Origin: a virus
Lineage: Duplodnaviria > Caudoviricetes
Strand: one strand, 5' to 3'
IMG/VR virus record: IMGVR_UViG_3300028591_000087
Span: 32,001 to 96,000 of that record
Length of the DNA: 64,000 bases
Shown one piece after another: positions 28,045-39,800 of the stretch. The notes below the pieces were generated by a model that worked only from the letters and a program-made list of their open reading frames with translations, searched no databases and was not told the DNA's origin. The position numbers and the translations under genes are program-made. How positions within the stretch are numbered: position 1 is the stretch's first letter; every line of letters starts with the position of its first letter.

Positions 28045-28878
28045 ATGGCTTTTACAAGATTATCTCCAGAAGCTAAATTCGTTACTTACGGCTTCGGTCA
28101 GGTCGAGCCAAACCATCTCAGTGCTCAGAGAACAGCTGAAATCTATGCTCAGTTGCCTGCAGCAGCAAGCATTGATATTCTTGAGAATGGTCAGTTCGTT
28201 AAGTACGACTACGCTAATGGTGAAGTAAACTTTACTGGTCCTGGCGAATGGATGCTCGTATTCAACGAAGTTAAAGTATATCGTGATCACGAAACCGATC
28301 AGGATTTCGCTATGATCCGTCGTGACTATAATGGTCGTGTTTACAGCCCAGTTGGCGTTGGTGCCGCAGCTGGTATGTGGGGTTCCGCTCAGGGCATCAA
28401 TGGTGTTAAGATTAATGGTTATGGAAGTTCCGCTGATTGGGACATGATGAAGAAGATCCAGGAACAGGTTGAAATTTATGAGGATGCTCATAACAATCCT
28501 GCTGGACAGGCTCCAGACTATGGCCGCAACCATTATGCTATTGGTAACAGCTACGAAGTTGAAAAGCTCAACATCCCTCAGATGGCTGAATATGCACAAC
28601 CAGATCGCACTGGCAAGATTCCAGGCGCAGAAGGATACAATCCTAATAATAGAGCTGGTTTGATGGTTCCTCGTGTATTTAAGACTCACGAAGGTGACAT
28701 CTTCACTACTAATACTATTGCTGACGCAACCGTAACACTTGGGTCTGTTCTTACTCCAAATGCTAAAGGTTATCTCAGCGCAACTGGCGCTAACAACGCT
28801 GCATTCCAGTGGCAGGTCGTTAAGATCTACAACCTCGGCGATATGCAGAAGGCTGTTAAAGTTATGAGAATTAAGTAA
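28045..28878 (+). CDS. Head decoration / minor capsid protein
   Basis: Directly upstream of the MCP; strongly biased codon use; no TAG. Confidence 0.55.
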   Translation: MAFTRLSPEAKFVTYGFGQVEPNHLSAQRTAEIYAQLPAAASIDILENGQFVKYDYANGEVNFTGPGEWMLVFNEVKVYRDHETDQDFAMIRRDYNGRVYSPVGVGAAAGMWGSAQGINGVKINGYGSSADWDMMKKIQEQVEIYEDAHNNPAGQAPDYGRNHYAIGNSYEVEKLNIPQMAEYAQPDRTGKIPGAEGYNPNNRAGLMVPRVFKTHEGDIFTTNTIADATVTLGSVLTPNAKGYLSATGANNAAFQWQVVKIYNLGDMQKAVKVMRIK

Positions 28879-28900
28879 TAAGGAAAGGAGAGAAAAGTCA

Positions 28901-30019
28901 ATGTTAGAAAGAAATGAACTTTTAAAATTGATGAAGGCAACTGCTAAAGCTGACCGCTCTGCTCCTGTTGCTTATTCATTCAATGGCTAGAATCTTAGCT
29001 ACGAAGCTCTTAATGAGACTCTTCGTAAAGAATTAAATGAACTCGCTGGTACATTTGCTCTTTATCGCGAGAATAAGAATACCATCTTCTCTATTATTGA
29101 AGAGACTATGGACGACGTTCTTCCTAAGAAAGTCGAAGAAAAGTATGAACAGTTTGCAGAAGTAAAGACTATCCAGCAGGGTAACTCTACTATGTTCTGG
29201 CGCAAGCATGATCGTCAGCGTGCAAAGCAGTTCATCACCAAAGTTGGTTTGGCTGGTATTTACGAAGTATTTAAGCTTGGTAAAGATACACCAATTGAAG
29301 TTCAGACCAGCGCTATCGGTGGAGCTGCTCAGATCGGTCTTGAAGAGTTCCTCGACGGCCGTGCTGATTTTGCTGAAGTAACTCAGATCGTTATGGAAGG
29401 TATTGACGAACTCATTCATTGGGAAATCGGTGCTGCCCTTAAGGAAGGTCTTACTCAGCTTCCTGCTCTCAACACTGTTGTAACCAACGGTTTTGATGAG
29501 AAGGCATTTGATCGTTTGCTCGCTATTTCTGCAGCTTACGGCACTCCTACTATCTATTGTACAGAAGAATTTGCTCAGAAGATTCTTCCAAGCAATGGCA
29601 ATGGTACTTATGCTTCTTGGTCTGATAGCATGAAGGATACCATCTGGAACAATGGACGTTTTGCTTCTTATAAGAATCACGTCATCAACATTCTTCCACA
29701 GGGATTCACTGATGCTACTCATACCACTAAGGTTATCGATCCTGGTTTCTGCTATATCCTTCCAGGTAATGTAAAGCCTGTAAAGGTTGTTATGGAAGGT
29801 CAGACAATTGTTGACGAGTATACTAACAAGGATCGTAGCCGTGAAATCCAGGTATATAAGAAAGTCGGCGTTGGCGTCGTAATGACTCCTGACATTTGCG
29901 TATACAAGGATACCGAACTTGCTGGACAGTATGGCGTATATCAGGGTGACAAGGTTGTTCCTAACAACAATAGCAATAGCACTCCTGAGACTCCAGCTCA
30001 AAATCCAAGCAATCCTTAA
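28901..30019 (+). CDS. Major capsid protein (372 aa, single TAG at codon 30)
   Basis: AAGGAG RBS, ATG 28901 in frame with 29108-30019; highly biased codons; position; hairpin follows. Confidence 0.75.
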
Positions 30020-30092
30020 TAAAGATTAATCGCGGGCGTGCGTGATAGACACGCCGCCCGCTTATTCTACTATATGAGAAAAAGGAGAAAAA

Positions 30093-30683
30093 GTGAATAT
30101 GAAAAGTGATATGAAAATTAACGTGCGCAATAGAAGTAATTCAGTCGTTGTTTATAACGTTGATGATTTGCGTGTTCGTCGTGAATTTATGCCGGGTGCA
30201 GTAAAGAGTGTTCCGCTTGAAGAAATTTATGCGTTAACTCAGCAACCTGGTGGCGCCGAGATTGTTGCTAATTATCTGTTTATTGAAAGCCCCGCCGCGG
30301 TGGAAGAGATGTCAATGAATGTAGAACCTGAGTATTATTTGGATGACAAGGGAGTTATTGATCTTCTAACTAATGGCTCAGTAGATGCTTTACTCGATTG
30401 TCTTGATTTCGCACCTGCTGGCGTACTTGATTTAGTACAGAAGTATGCTATTGAATTACCAGTAACTGACACTCGTAAGATTAAGGCTATTAAAGATAAG
30501 ACTGGTTTTGATGTAGCTTTATCTTTAAAACATAAAGCTGAACTCGAAGCAGAAATGGCTGAAGCTGGTGAGCAAACTGAAAGTGGTATGACTGTTGAAC
30601 GTAGAATTAAAAAGACTGAATAGGCAGAAGCACCATCTGGACGCAGAACAACTCCTAAGTATAATGTCGTAAAGAAAGACTAA
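30093..30683 (+). CDS. Hypothetical head-associated protein
   Basis: ORF extends through TAG 30621 to TAA 30681, next to the next gene's RBS. Confidence 0.6.
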
Positions 30684-30695
30684 GGAGGATGTTAA

Positions 30696-31313
30696 ATGAC
30701 GTCATTTAATACTATCATTAATGCTTTCCTTAGTAAGATTACAGATGATATGTACTTGGAACTTACTATGGAAGACACGATTCGTGATTCGAAATAGTAT
30801 TTACTTGATGCCATTCCTTATTTTGAATTTCCAAGATTTGCGTTATATGATTATGATGCATCCGCGGGCGTATACAATGTTGATCTCACATAGGAAGAGA
30901 TCAACATTTTTGCTATACTTATGAAATAGGCTTGGCTTGATCGGCAAATTAATTCAGTGGAGAATACTCGTATGAAGTATTCTGGTTCTGATTTTAAATT
31001 TACTTCTCAGGCAAACCATTTACAAAAGTTATTAGCATTAAAAGCAGAAAATCATCGTGAGAACATTCATGCACAACGTTTATATAAACGTCGCAGATTT
31101 AGAAATGATGGATCTGTTATGTCCAATTGGATGATCTTAAATCAAAGCGCTCTTGATACTCAAAGCAGACCACAAAATGTTCCTGCGCAATCTTCATCTG
31201 AGAATGATAATGGAGACAATTGGACCCCAATTCAAGAAATCGTTACTCCGGTTAATACCAATAGCGATAATGATGATGATTATTACTGGGAGCAGATTGG
31301 TGGTGGCAATTAA
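30696..31313 (+). CDS. Putative head-tail adaptor (TAG-recoded)
   Basis: AAGGAGG RBS; MTSFNTIINAFLSKITDD...; co-frame with 30957; synteny. Confidence 0.55.
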
Positions 31314-31624
31314 TGAAATATTATAATGTTAATTTTTCTAATGCCACAATTACACAAGATTTGCGGAGATTAGTCAATCAGATTTGGAAGTTATTGCCAA
31401 TGCGGGAAAATAATGAGGATTGGCAAAAATAGTTAGATTCTGTTTTAGTAGAACTTAGAGGACTTCATGTGATGTTTGGCGACCAACTCGATTTTCTTAT
31501 TTTATTAAGTAAGTTAGAAGGATTGCATGAAGTTGAAGACTTTATGATATATCGAGTTACAGTTTTTAGTATGATTTCATTATTAACTGAACTCGCTAAT
31601 TCAATAGATGCTGGAAAATCTTGA
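31313..31624 (+). CDS. Hypothetical protein (1 TAG)
   Basis: Hand-translated; fills the operon gap with a TAATG overlap. Confidence 0.55.
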
Positions 31625-32552
31625 ATTAATGAAAATGCGCGCACGTGCTGCGGGTAATGATCGTCAACATAACCGCATGATAATCGATAAGCAACGTAGT
31701 TTGCATCGCGCATTATTATATTCCTATCAAGCAGCTTGGGTTAAAAAAGATAATGATTCTTCAGCTGATTGGGTTAGAGCTTTAATGAATCCGGATAAAG
31801 TTAAGTTTGACTATGATGAGAAAATTATTTCAATAGATTGGGAACATAATTTTAGACCTGGAGATACCTTTGAATGGGGCAAGGGCACAGGAAGCCATTG
31901 GATGGTATTAAAAACTGAGGATACAGAGTTGGCTTATTTAAGAGCCAATTGCCGCAGATGTTAGAAACTATCTGCTTTTGATCCGATAAATAAAGAAATG
32001 TTTAGTTAGTGGTGTGTAATACGTGGTCCAGTTGAAACTAAAATAAATACTATTCAAAAGGCTGGTATTGTTGCAGATGTGCCGAATTTGACTCTTGATA
32101 TATATATGGCTGATACTGAAAGAAATAGACGTACATTTGAGAGATATGTGAATTTTGAGTTTGATGAAAGATTTTGGAAAGTATAGGCTGTGGATTTTAT
32201 AAGTACACCTGGCGTGTATGAAATTGTAGCTGAAGAGGATTATGAATGTCATAATCATGAACAATATTTACAAGTTGAGAAACCAGAACCAGTGCCGGCA
32301 GAGGTAAATGAGATTTTAGGTGACGCTTCAATTAAACCAAGTGAGAAACATTGCTATATGATGAAGCTACCTGCCGTAGGTGAATGGACAATTACATTAC
32401 CGGCAACTAAGAATAAAGAGATAGATGATGTAATGGACTACACTATTGATGGTGATAAAATCTTTGTTACTTGGACAATGTTGCGGTCTGGATCATTTAT
32501 ACTTCATTATGGTGAATATGAAAAAACTGTAAATGTTGAATCATTATTTTAA
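31608..32552 (+). CDS. Putative head-closure/neck protein with C-terminal Ig-like region (TAG-recoded)
   Basis: 31608 and 32190 fragments are co-frame; synteny. Confidence 0.5.
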
Positions 32553-32566
32553 GGAGAAAATGGAGT

Positions 32567-33097
32567 ATGAAAGTCGGAGAGGAATTTTTCAATCCTGAAT
32601 CAAGTTTTTTAATTATTGAAAAGGATTTAGAAAAGATTGCTAATAAAATGCTGAAAAATCAACGGCTTTTAAAATTATTGCATTACCGTGAGGCGAATGC
32701 ATTAGACAAGCCTAGTTTAACACAAGCTGAAAAATTAGCATTAATAAACCATGAAATAAAAATTGTTCCAAAGATTGACATTGAAAAAGAATGTCCTATT
32801 TATGTGATTATCACTTTTGATAATTTTACGCCGAATGTGAATAATGATAAATTTAGAGATTGTACTTTAAGTTTTGATATTTTTTGTCATCCTGATCATT
32901 GGAATTTGGGTAACTTTTAGTTACGTCCTTATAAAATTGCGGGCGAATTAGATGCTATGTTTAATAATACAAAGATGACTGGTATAGGAACATTATAGTT
33001 CATGGGTGCTAATAATTTAGTACTTAATGATCAATTGATGGGTCTTACATTATTGTATAGATCTGTACAAAGCACAGAGGATACGTTACCAGTTTGA
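32567..33097 (+). CDS. Putative tail terminator/completion protein (2 TAG)
   Basis: Extends through TAG to TGA 33095; FDIFCHPDHW...RPYKIAGELD; synteny. Confidence 0.5.
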
Positions 33098-33852
33098 ATA
33101 AGTTAATGTTATTAACTGGTGTTGATGTTCCAATACCATTGTTATAGTTAACTTTGCATTAGCCAACAATTCGAGAAATTTCTTATATGGGTGAATTGAA
33201 TTATTTTTCTACATTATAGATATTGTGTTTTGAGAAAAATACTATAATAGCCTCTAACCCAGAGGGCGCTTCTAGTTTATCTAATATGACTGATTTTCAG
33301 ATATTTATGACATTGATAAACAATCCAGACGTAAAAGAAAGATCACGGATTTAGGGTAATCTTGTTGATGTTTTGACAATTTTATTTCCTGGATATGTTC
33401 CTTAGATTATGCCGAATGGATTAGGAATTATGCTGAATAATCCTGAAAAAAAACATAACTTAGTTATTAATGATACAAATTTTGATATATTTAAGAAATC
33501 ATTGATGGAAGTCACTGATATACGCAATAGCGTAGGTGGCGAGAATTCCGGTTTTAATCCACGAAGCAAGAAAGCGGCCGCAATTGCGGCTAAGATAATG
33601 CGAGGACGCGCACGAGCTGCAGCCGATAAAGGCTATAATGGTGATGGCGTACTCGGTAGATATGTTTCTATTCTCACTGTCGGGCTATCGTCCATGAGTT
33701 TAGCTGATTGTCTAAACTTAACAACGTATCAGTTGTACGATCTTATTGAACGGTATGGCTTATACATTGGGTGGGATTTAGATATACGGTCACGTCTGGC
33801 TGGCGGTAGTCCGGATAATAAACCAGACGACTGGATGAAAGATTTACATTAA
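33094..33852 (+). CDS. Hypothetical tail-region protein (TAG-recoded)
   Basis: TTG 33094 overlaps the previous stop and is co-frame with 33409-33852. Confidence 0.55.
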
Positions 33853-33870
33853 ATAAGGAGGAAATAACCT

Positions 33871-34905
33871 ATGAAATTTGGTGTACGTGAGATTTGCGAC
33901 GTCGTTCTTAAGAGAAAAGCAGCTGGTTATTTCGGCAAGTTGTATCTCGATAAGAACATGCCAGTTCTCTATTTTGATACCTTAAAGACCTCTAGCTTAG
34001 AGGGTCAGGCAGCCACCGTTTATGCACAGGGTGGTAAAGGTAATCCACGCTTGGTTGCATGGGAAGGTGACAGAACTGTTACATTCACAATGGAAGATGC
34101 CTTGATTTCTCCAGAAAGCTTCTCTATTCTTTCTGGTGCTGGCTTCATTGATGCAGAAGATGGCGCTCCAATCTATGTTCATACAACTGAACAGGTTGAA
34201 ATCAAGAATAATACTATTACTCTTTCTAAGAAGCCTGCAACCAAAGGTGAAATGTACTTGTTACTTATGACCGAAGATGGTTCTATTAATACAAGCAAGC
34301 TTCCTATGAAGTTACCTACTGCTACTGTTGCAGGTATTGGTGATGATCTTAGTTTAAGTCTCTCTACTGCATTCCAGGCTTGGGAAACTGAATACAACAC
34401 TGATACTCGTCACGTTGAACTTCGTCAGGCTGGCGTTTTGAGCGAAGTTTCTGCACCTGTTGGTGTAAGAACTGAAGCTGCTCTCCATGCTGGTGATGGT
34501 GACTATATTATCGGTGGTACCGAAGCAACTGATGACCAGGGTTCTGTTATCTATGTAGATTATTATGTAGAAGCAAAGTCTGGCGCAAAACAGATTGATA
34601 TTGAAGCTTCTAAGTTTGGTGGATCTTACTATCTTGAAGCATCTACATTGTTCCGTGATCAGGCAACTGGTGAAGATTATCCAGCAGAATTCATTATTCC
34701 TAATTGTAAGGTACAGTCTAACTTTACCTTCACAATGGCTCCTACTGGTGATCCTTCTACCTTCACCTTTACGATGGACGCTTTCCCAGATTACACTAAG
34801 TTCGACAAGACCAAGAAAGTAATTGCTGCTCTTCAGATCGTTGAAGATAAGGAATTGTTTGGTGCTGTTGCTGGTGGAAGTCAGGAAGAAGAACCAAAAT
34901 TATAA
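33871..34905 (+). CDS. Major tail (tube) protein
   Basis: AAGGAGG RBS; LKTSSLE..GGKGNPRL..W and FTFTM..GDPSTFTFTMD; biased codons; no TAG; terminator follows. Confidence 0.7.
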   Translation: MKFGVREICDVVLKRKAAGYFGKLYLDKNMPVLYFDTLKTSSLEGQAATVYAQGGKGNPRLVAWEGDRTVTFTMEDALISPESFSILSGAGFIDAEDGAPIYVHTTEQVEIKNNTITLSKKPATKGEMYLLLMTEDGSINTSKLPMKLPTATVAGIGDDLSLSLSTAFQAWETEYNTDTRHVELRQAGVLSEVSAPVGVRTEAALHAGDGDYIIGGTEATDDQGSVIYVDYYVEAKSGAKQIDIEASKFGGSYYLEASTLFRDQATGEDYPAEFIIPNCKVQSNFTFTMAPTGDPSTFTFTMDAFPDYTKFDKTKKVIAALQIVEDKELFGAVAGGSQEEEPKL

Positions 34906-34917
34906 TTGAATGACAAT

Positions 34918-34953
34918 AGGGGAGATACGAATAAGTATCTCCCCATTTTTTTT
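34918..34953 (+). terminator. Intrinsic terminator after the tail tube gene
   Basis: GGGGAGATAC..GTATCTCCCC plus T-run. Confidence 0.8.
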
Positions 34954-34976
34954 ATTACGCGGAAAAGGTGATGCTA

Positions 34977-36206
34977 ATGAGACAACATGTTACTAATTTA
35001 AGTTATTTTCATGTTGAAGCTAAATATAGAAGTTAGTATGGCAATGTACCTCCGCAACAAATTTTATAGATGGTTCATCAAGAATTATATAATAAATATA
35101 AAAACGTTGCATGGGGAAAAACGAAACAATCTGGCGAAGGTACTCCAGCTGAGGCCAAAATGTTACAAGATTATTTACAAGATTTGAAAAAGGTTGCTAA
35201 TGAAATGACTGGATCTGGGGAAAAAGCAGATAATTTAATATCTGGAATTAGTAAAGAAATATTACAATCTGTGCTTTAGACTTCTAATGCTGGTAAGTAT
35301 TTTATGCAACAATGGATATAGTATGGACCTCAACAACGAGGAGCTGTTTTTGAACAGGAATTAGGTTAGGTTTTTGCTGGAACATTTGAGGTTGCTAGCG
35401 GAGGTAAATTTAAAAGCGATGGTTCCGATTATGTTTGGGGCACTTAGCAAGTTGATATTGGTGGAGCAAAAAAAGATATATTAAAAGAGTTGGCAAGAAA
35501 AGTTGGCCAAGAAGCTATTAAAGATGCTGGCAAATATTTAGATAAACGTTTTTCAAATGCTGAAATTAATCCTCTTATAAAAGATATGATACAAGTTGAA
35601 GTTAATGGTAAAGTAGATATTGCTGGTATGAAATGTGAATATAATTTTTCTGCTGAACCAAAAAGTAAACTAGTGACAATTGCTGAATTACTTCAAAAAG
35701 CTACAATTACTGCAAAATCTTATGCATCTAAGCAAAGATCGGGTAATTGGATAGATGAAAATGGAATTCGTCATTATTTAAATGCAACAATTAAAGTTAT
35801 TCATTTAGGTTCTACATATTCTAAACGTATTATTATGGATACTTTGACAGGAAGAGTACCGATTAAAGTTGCTTTAAGTTATCAAATTGTTATTCAAAAT
35901 AGTCAAAATGTTGATGTACAAGTTGCTTTAAGTAAATTACGTTTTATGTATGAATTAACTGGTGTTGGACAAAAATATGTTGATGACATTTATAGAAAAT
36001 GGATGGCGGAAAATGGGGCATTAGGTGCTAAATATCTTATTTATAATGACCCTGCTTCATTAAATATTTATGTAAAAAGTAGTGCTGAATTAATTATGGA
36101 AGCTGAAAAAGCTATTAATGAAGTAATTGATTGGAATAATAGTAAAATGGAATGGGGCGCTAGTTTATCTAAACAACTTGTTAGTGGTGGAAATTAGTCA
36201 ATTTAA
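34977..36206 (+). CDS. Hypothetical protein, possible PD-(D/E)XK-like fold (TAG-recoded, ~409 aa)
   Basis: Co-frame fragments 35070 and 35490; motifs GAVFEQEL, GKVDI, TITAKSY. Confidence 0.5.
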
Positions 36207-36246
36207 AAATTTTTTGGTATAATAAGAGAAAAAGGAGGCCAGAAAG

Positions 36247-36771
36247 ATGGCTAAAGTTAGTTTTAATAAAATTACTCCAATTAAATCTGGAGAGATTAAA
36301 GAATTAGAAATTAATGGCGAGAAGATTATAGTAAAGCAATATCTTCCTACAGATGAATTAACCGCATTAATTGTAGATGTAATGAATTTTACATTTGACA
36401 ATGATGGATTTGTAAGTCCACTTAGATATGAAATTTATAGTAAAATGTATATTGTTAAATATTTTACTAATATAAATATTACAGATACAATGATTGATAA
36501 TATTGAAAAGACTTATGATTTATTAGTTTTGAATAATATTATTAATCAAGTATTAGATAGTATTCCAGATGACGAAATTTGTCGTATTGAAAACATTATG
36601 TGGGATACTATGAAAAAGATTCAAGAATATAATACTTCTTTTATTGGTTGGATTAAAACAACAGCGAATGATAAAGCATTGGCAGAAATGGATTTACAGA
36701 AAATTGTAAGTGAATTACAAAATACTGAAAATTTTGAAACGGTAAAAGAAGTAATGGAAAATATGACCTAA
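36247..36771 (+). CDS. Putative tail assembly chaperone
   Basis: Directly upstream of the tape measure; AAGGAGG RBS; no TAG. Confidence 0.5.
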   Translation: MAKVSFNKITPIKSGEIKELEINGEKIIVKQYLPTDELTALIVDVMNFTFDNDGFVSPLRYEIYSKMYIVKYFTNINITDTMIDNIEKTYDLLVLNNIINQVLDSIPDDEICRIENIMWDTMKKIQEYNTSFIGWIKTTANDKALAEMDLQKIVSELQNTENFETVKEVMENMT

Positions 36772-36793
36772 GAGCCGAAAGGCTCTTTTTTTT
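36770..36793 (+). terminator. Intrinsic terminator just upstream of the tape measure gene
   Basis: AAGAGCC GAAA GGCTCTT plus T-run. Confidence 0.75.
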
Positions 36794-36817
36794 ATGAGAG
36801 AAAGGAGTTGACAATAA

Positions 36818-39800
36818 GTGGCAGGAAATAACAGAGTGCAGTACACAATAGGTGTAAATGCTGATACTAAATAGGCTGACGCGCAATTGGCTAAATTAAG
36901 TTCAACTCTTGATAAGATATAGAAATAGGCTGCAAGTAAAGTTACATTAGATTTAAAAATGGATAGAGCCGCAGAGTCTGCTAGAGTTTTATAGCAATCT
37001 TTACAAAAAGCAACTAATATTGATACAGGAAAATTAAATTTATCTAAATTTAATCAAGAATTACATCAAGCTGGCGTTTCTTTAGAAGAATTAACTTCTA
37101 GTTTATTACAAGCTGGTTCTAGTGGTTCAACAGCTTTTGTTCAATTAGCTTCGTCTATTGCTGGAGCAGAAGTTCCTATTAAGCATATGAATAGTACACT
37201 TGCAAATTTTGCAACTACTTTAAAAAATACAGTTAAATGGGAAATTTCTTCTAAATTAGTCCATGGTGTAGAAAGTTTTTTATCTGGTGCAATTAATTAT
37301 GCAAAAGATTTAAATGGTACACTTAATGATATTCGTATTGTTACAGGTGCTTCTATTGCGGATATGGGTAAATTTGCTGATCAAGCAAACAGAATGGCAA
37401 AAGAATTATCTGCAACAACACAAGAAATTGCTAAAGCATCTTTGATCTACTATCAACAGGGTGATAGTGCGGAAATGGCTGCGAAAAAAGCTGCAATTAC
37501 AACAAAAGCAGCAAATGTAGCATTTACCGCGTCTGCGCAAGAAATGTCAGAAATGTTAACTGCTGTTTGGAATTCTTATCAAATGGGCGAAGATCAACTC
37601 GAACATGCTGTTGATGTTATGGCTCATTTAGGTGCAACTACTGCATCAAGCATGGAAGAAATGGCAACAGCCATGCAGAAAGTTGCTGCTACGGCGAATA
37701 ATGTTGGTGTATCTATGGAATAGATGTCTGCTATTGTTGCTACATCTGCTTCTGTTACAAGACAAGCTCCGCAGGTTATTGGTACTGCTTGGAATACAAT
37801 TTTAAGTCGTTTAGGTGGTTTAAAATTAGGGGAAACACTTGAAGATGGCGTTGATCTTAATAAGTATTCTAAAGCATTAGCATCTATTGGTGTGCAAGTA
37901 TTAGACGCGACTGGTAACTTAAAAGATATGGGTGGAGTTGTTGATGAAATTGGTGCAAAATGGGATACAATGACTCGCGCGCAATAGTCTGCATTAGCAC
38001 AAACCATTGGTGGTACTCGTCAATATACATAGATCTTAGCATTTTTTGATAATTTTGATAAATATTAGAAAAATTTATAGACTGCAAATAATTCTGAAGG
38101 TGCATTAAATAAACAGGCTGAAATTTATGCTCAATCTTGGGAAGCAGCTTCTAAGCGCTAGAAAGCTGCATTGCAAAATGTATTTACTTAGGTTATTAAT
38201 GATGAAGCTATTATTAAAGTTACAAATAGTTTAACAACTGTAATAGATCGTATTGGAGATATTGTCAAAGGATTTGGTGGAGTTCAAGGTATTTTATTAA
38301 CTTTAGGCGCCGTAGCAATGAAAGTATTTAATAGTTAGATTGCTACAGGTATAGATTCTGCTTTAACTAGAATTAAAAGTTTTGGAGCTATGCTTGGTTA
38401 GGCTAGAGTTATTAGTAAAAAACATGGAAATGAACGTACTGTAAGAGATGCTACTGGCCATCCAGTATATGATGAAAAAGGTAGAGAAAGAAAGACTATT
38501 GTAAATGCTGAAACTGGATTAGGAGTTGATGCAAAAACTAGATTAGGTCGTTTTATTGGTGCTATAAAACAATAGGGTAATTATGAAATGCGTCAACAAA
38601 GAGCGGCTATATAGGAAAGTAAAGCATAGATTAATGCTTCTATTTCAGAACCAGGAACTAATGCGGAAGGAATTGCTTAGACTTCTGCTTAGAATTTATT
38701 AACATTAAAAGAAAAATTATTAAATACTGAATATAAGTTAAGCGCAGCGTAGTAGAAAGTTGCCTAGGAGGCAATTAGTGCTTATGGAAAAGAGTCAGAA
38801 AAATTAGTTGAATTAATTTCTAAATCTGAAGAATTAGAAAAACAATAGAGAAAGCATCATAGTGAACAAGCCAGTAGTTTATATTTAAGTAAAGGTAATA
38901 AAAAGGGTGGCAAAAAAAGTAAAGCTAAAAAAATGAATGTGTCAGATATATAGCAAAATCTTGATAAATATGTTCAAAATGCAACGGTAGACCAAGTTTG
39001 GCAAGATATGTCTGTTAACGGCGAAGAAAAATTAGAAATGAAAGATTGGCAAAATGCTGATAAAAATTGGAATGCTTATTATCGTAATACTTTAGGGACT
39101 AGAGTTGGACAAATGATTGAAGCTGTTAGCGGTGATGAAGGTAATAAATTATAGGAATTATATAATAAAATTGGAAAATTGCATGATAATGGTGATGATT
39201 TATCTAGTGTAAAGTCACACGTTAAAGAACTTATTGAAGAGATGAAGCGTTTAGGTACTGAAGGAGCTAAGGGCGCTGAAGAAGCAGAGGCAGCATTAAG
39301 CAAACTAGGAGATGAAGGTACTGCAGCTTTAAATGAAGCTCAACAAGAGGTATAGGAAAGAAGAGAAAGTATTCAAGAAATAGGAAATTAGTTTGCAAAT
39401 ACAGAACGATCACGAGAAAGCGCAGAACAAAGTTTAGAAGAAAAATATCAAACTACTAAATTTGCTCAAGGAATGGCTAAAGTTGCATCTGCAGCAATGA
39501 CTGCGATGTCTTCTTTTAGCGCAATGGAAAATACTTTTTCGATAATGAGTGATAAATCAGCTAATTTTTCTTAGAAAGTAACTTCTATATTAAGTACTGT
39601 TGGTAATTTAACTAATGCTTGGTCTCAAGGTCTTATTAGTGGTCTTACTGCTACTATATCTGCTGGGCTTGGATTATTAATAGCTCGTTAGGAATAGTTA
39701 GAAAAAAATAATCAAGCATCACGTAAACAAATTTCTGATGAAATAAATGAAAATACTAATAAACTAGTTGAAGATACTGAAAAAGCTGTTGAAGCATTAA

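Noticed and set aside
28060-30001. Minus-strand ORFs 28060-28689 and 29033-30001
   Set aside because: Antisense shadows of the codon-biased capsid genes.
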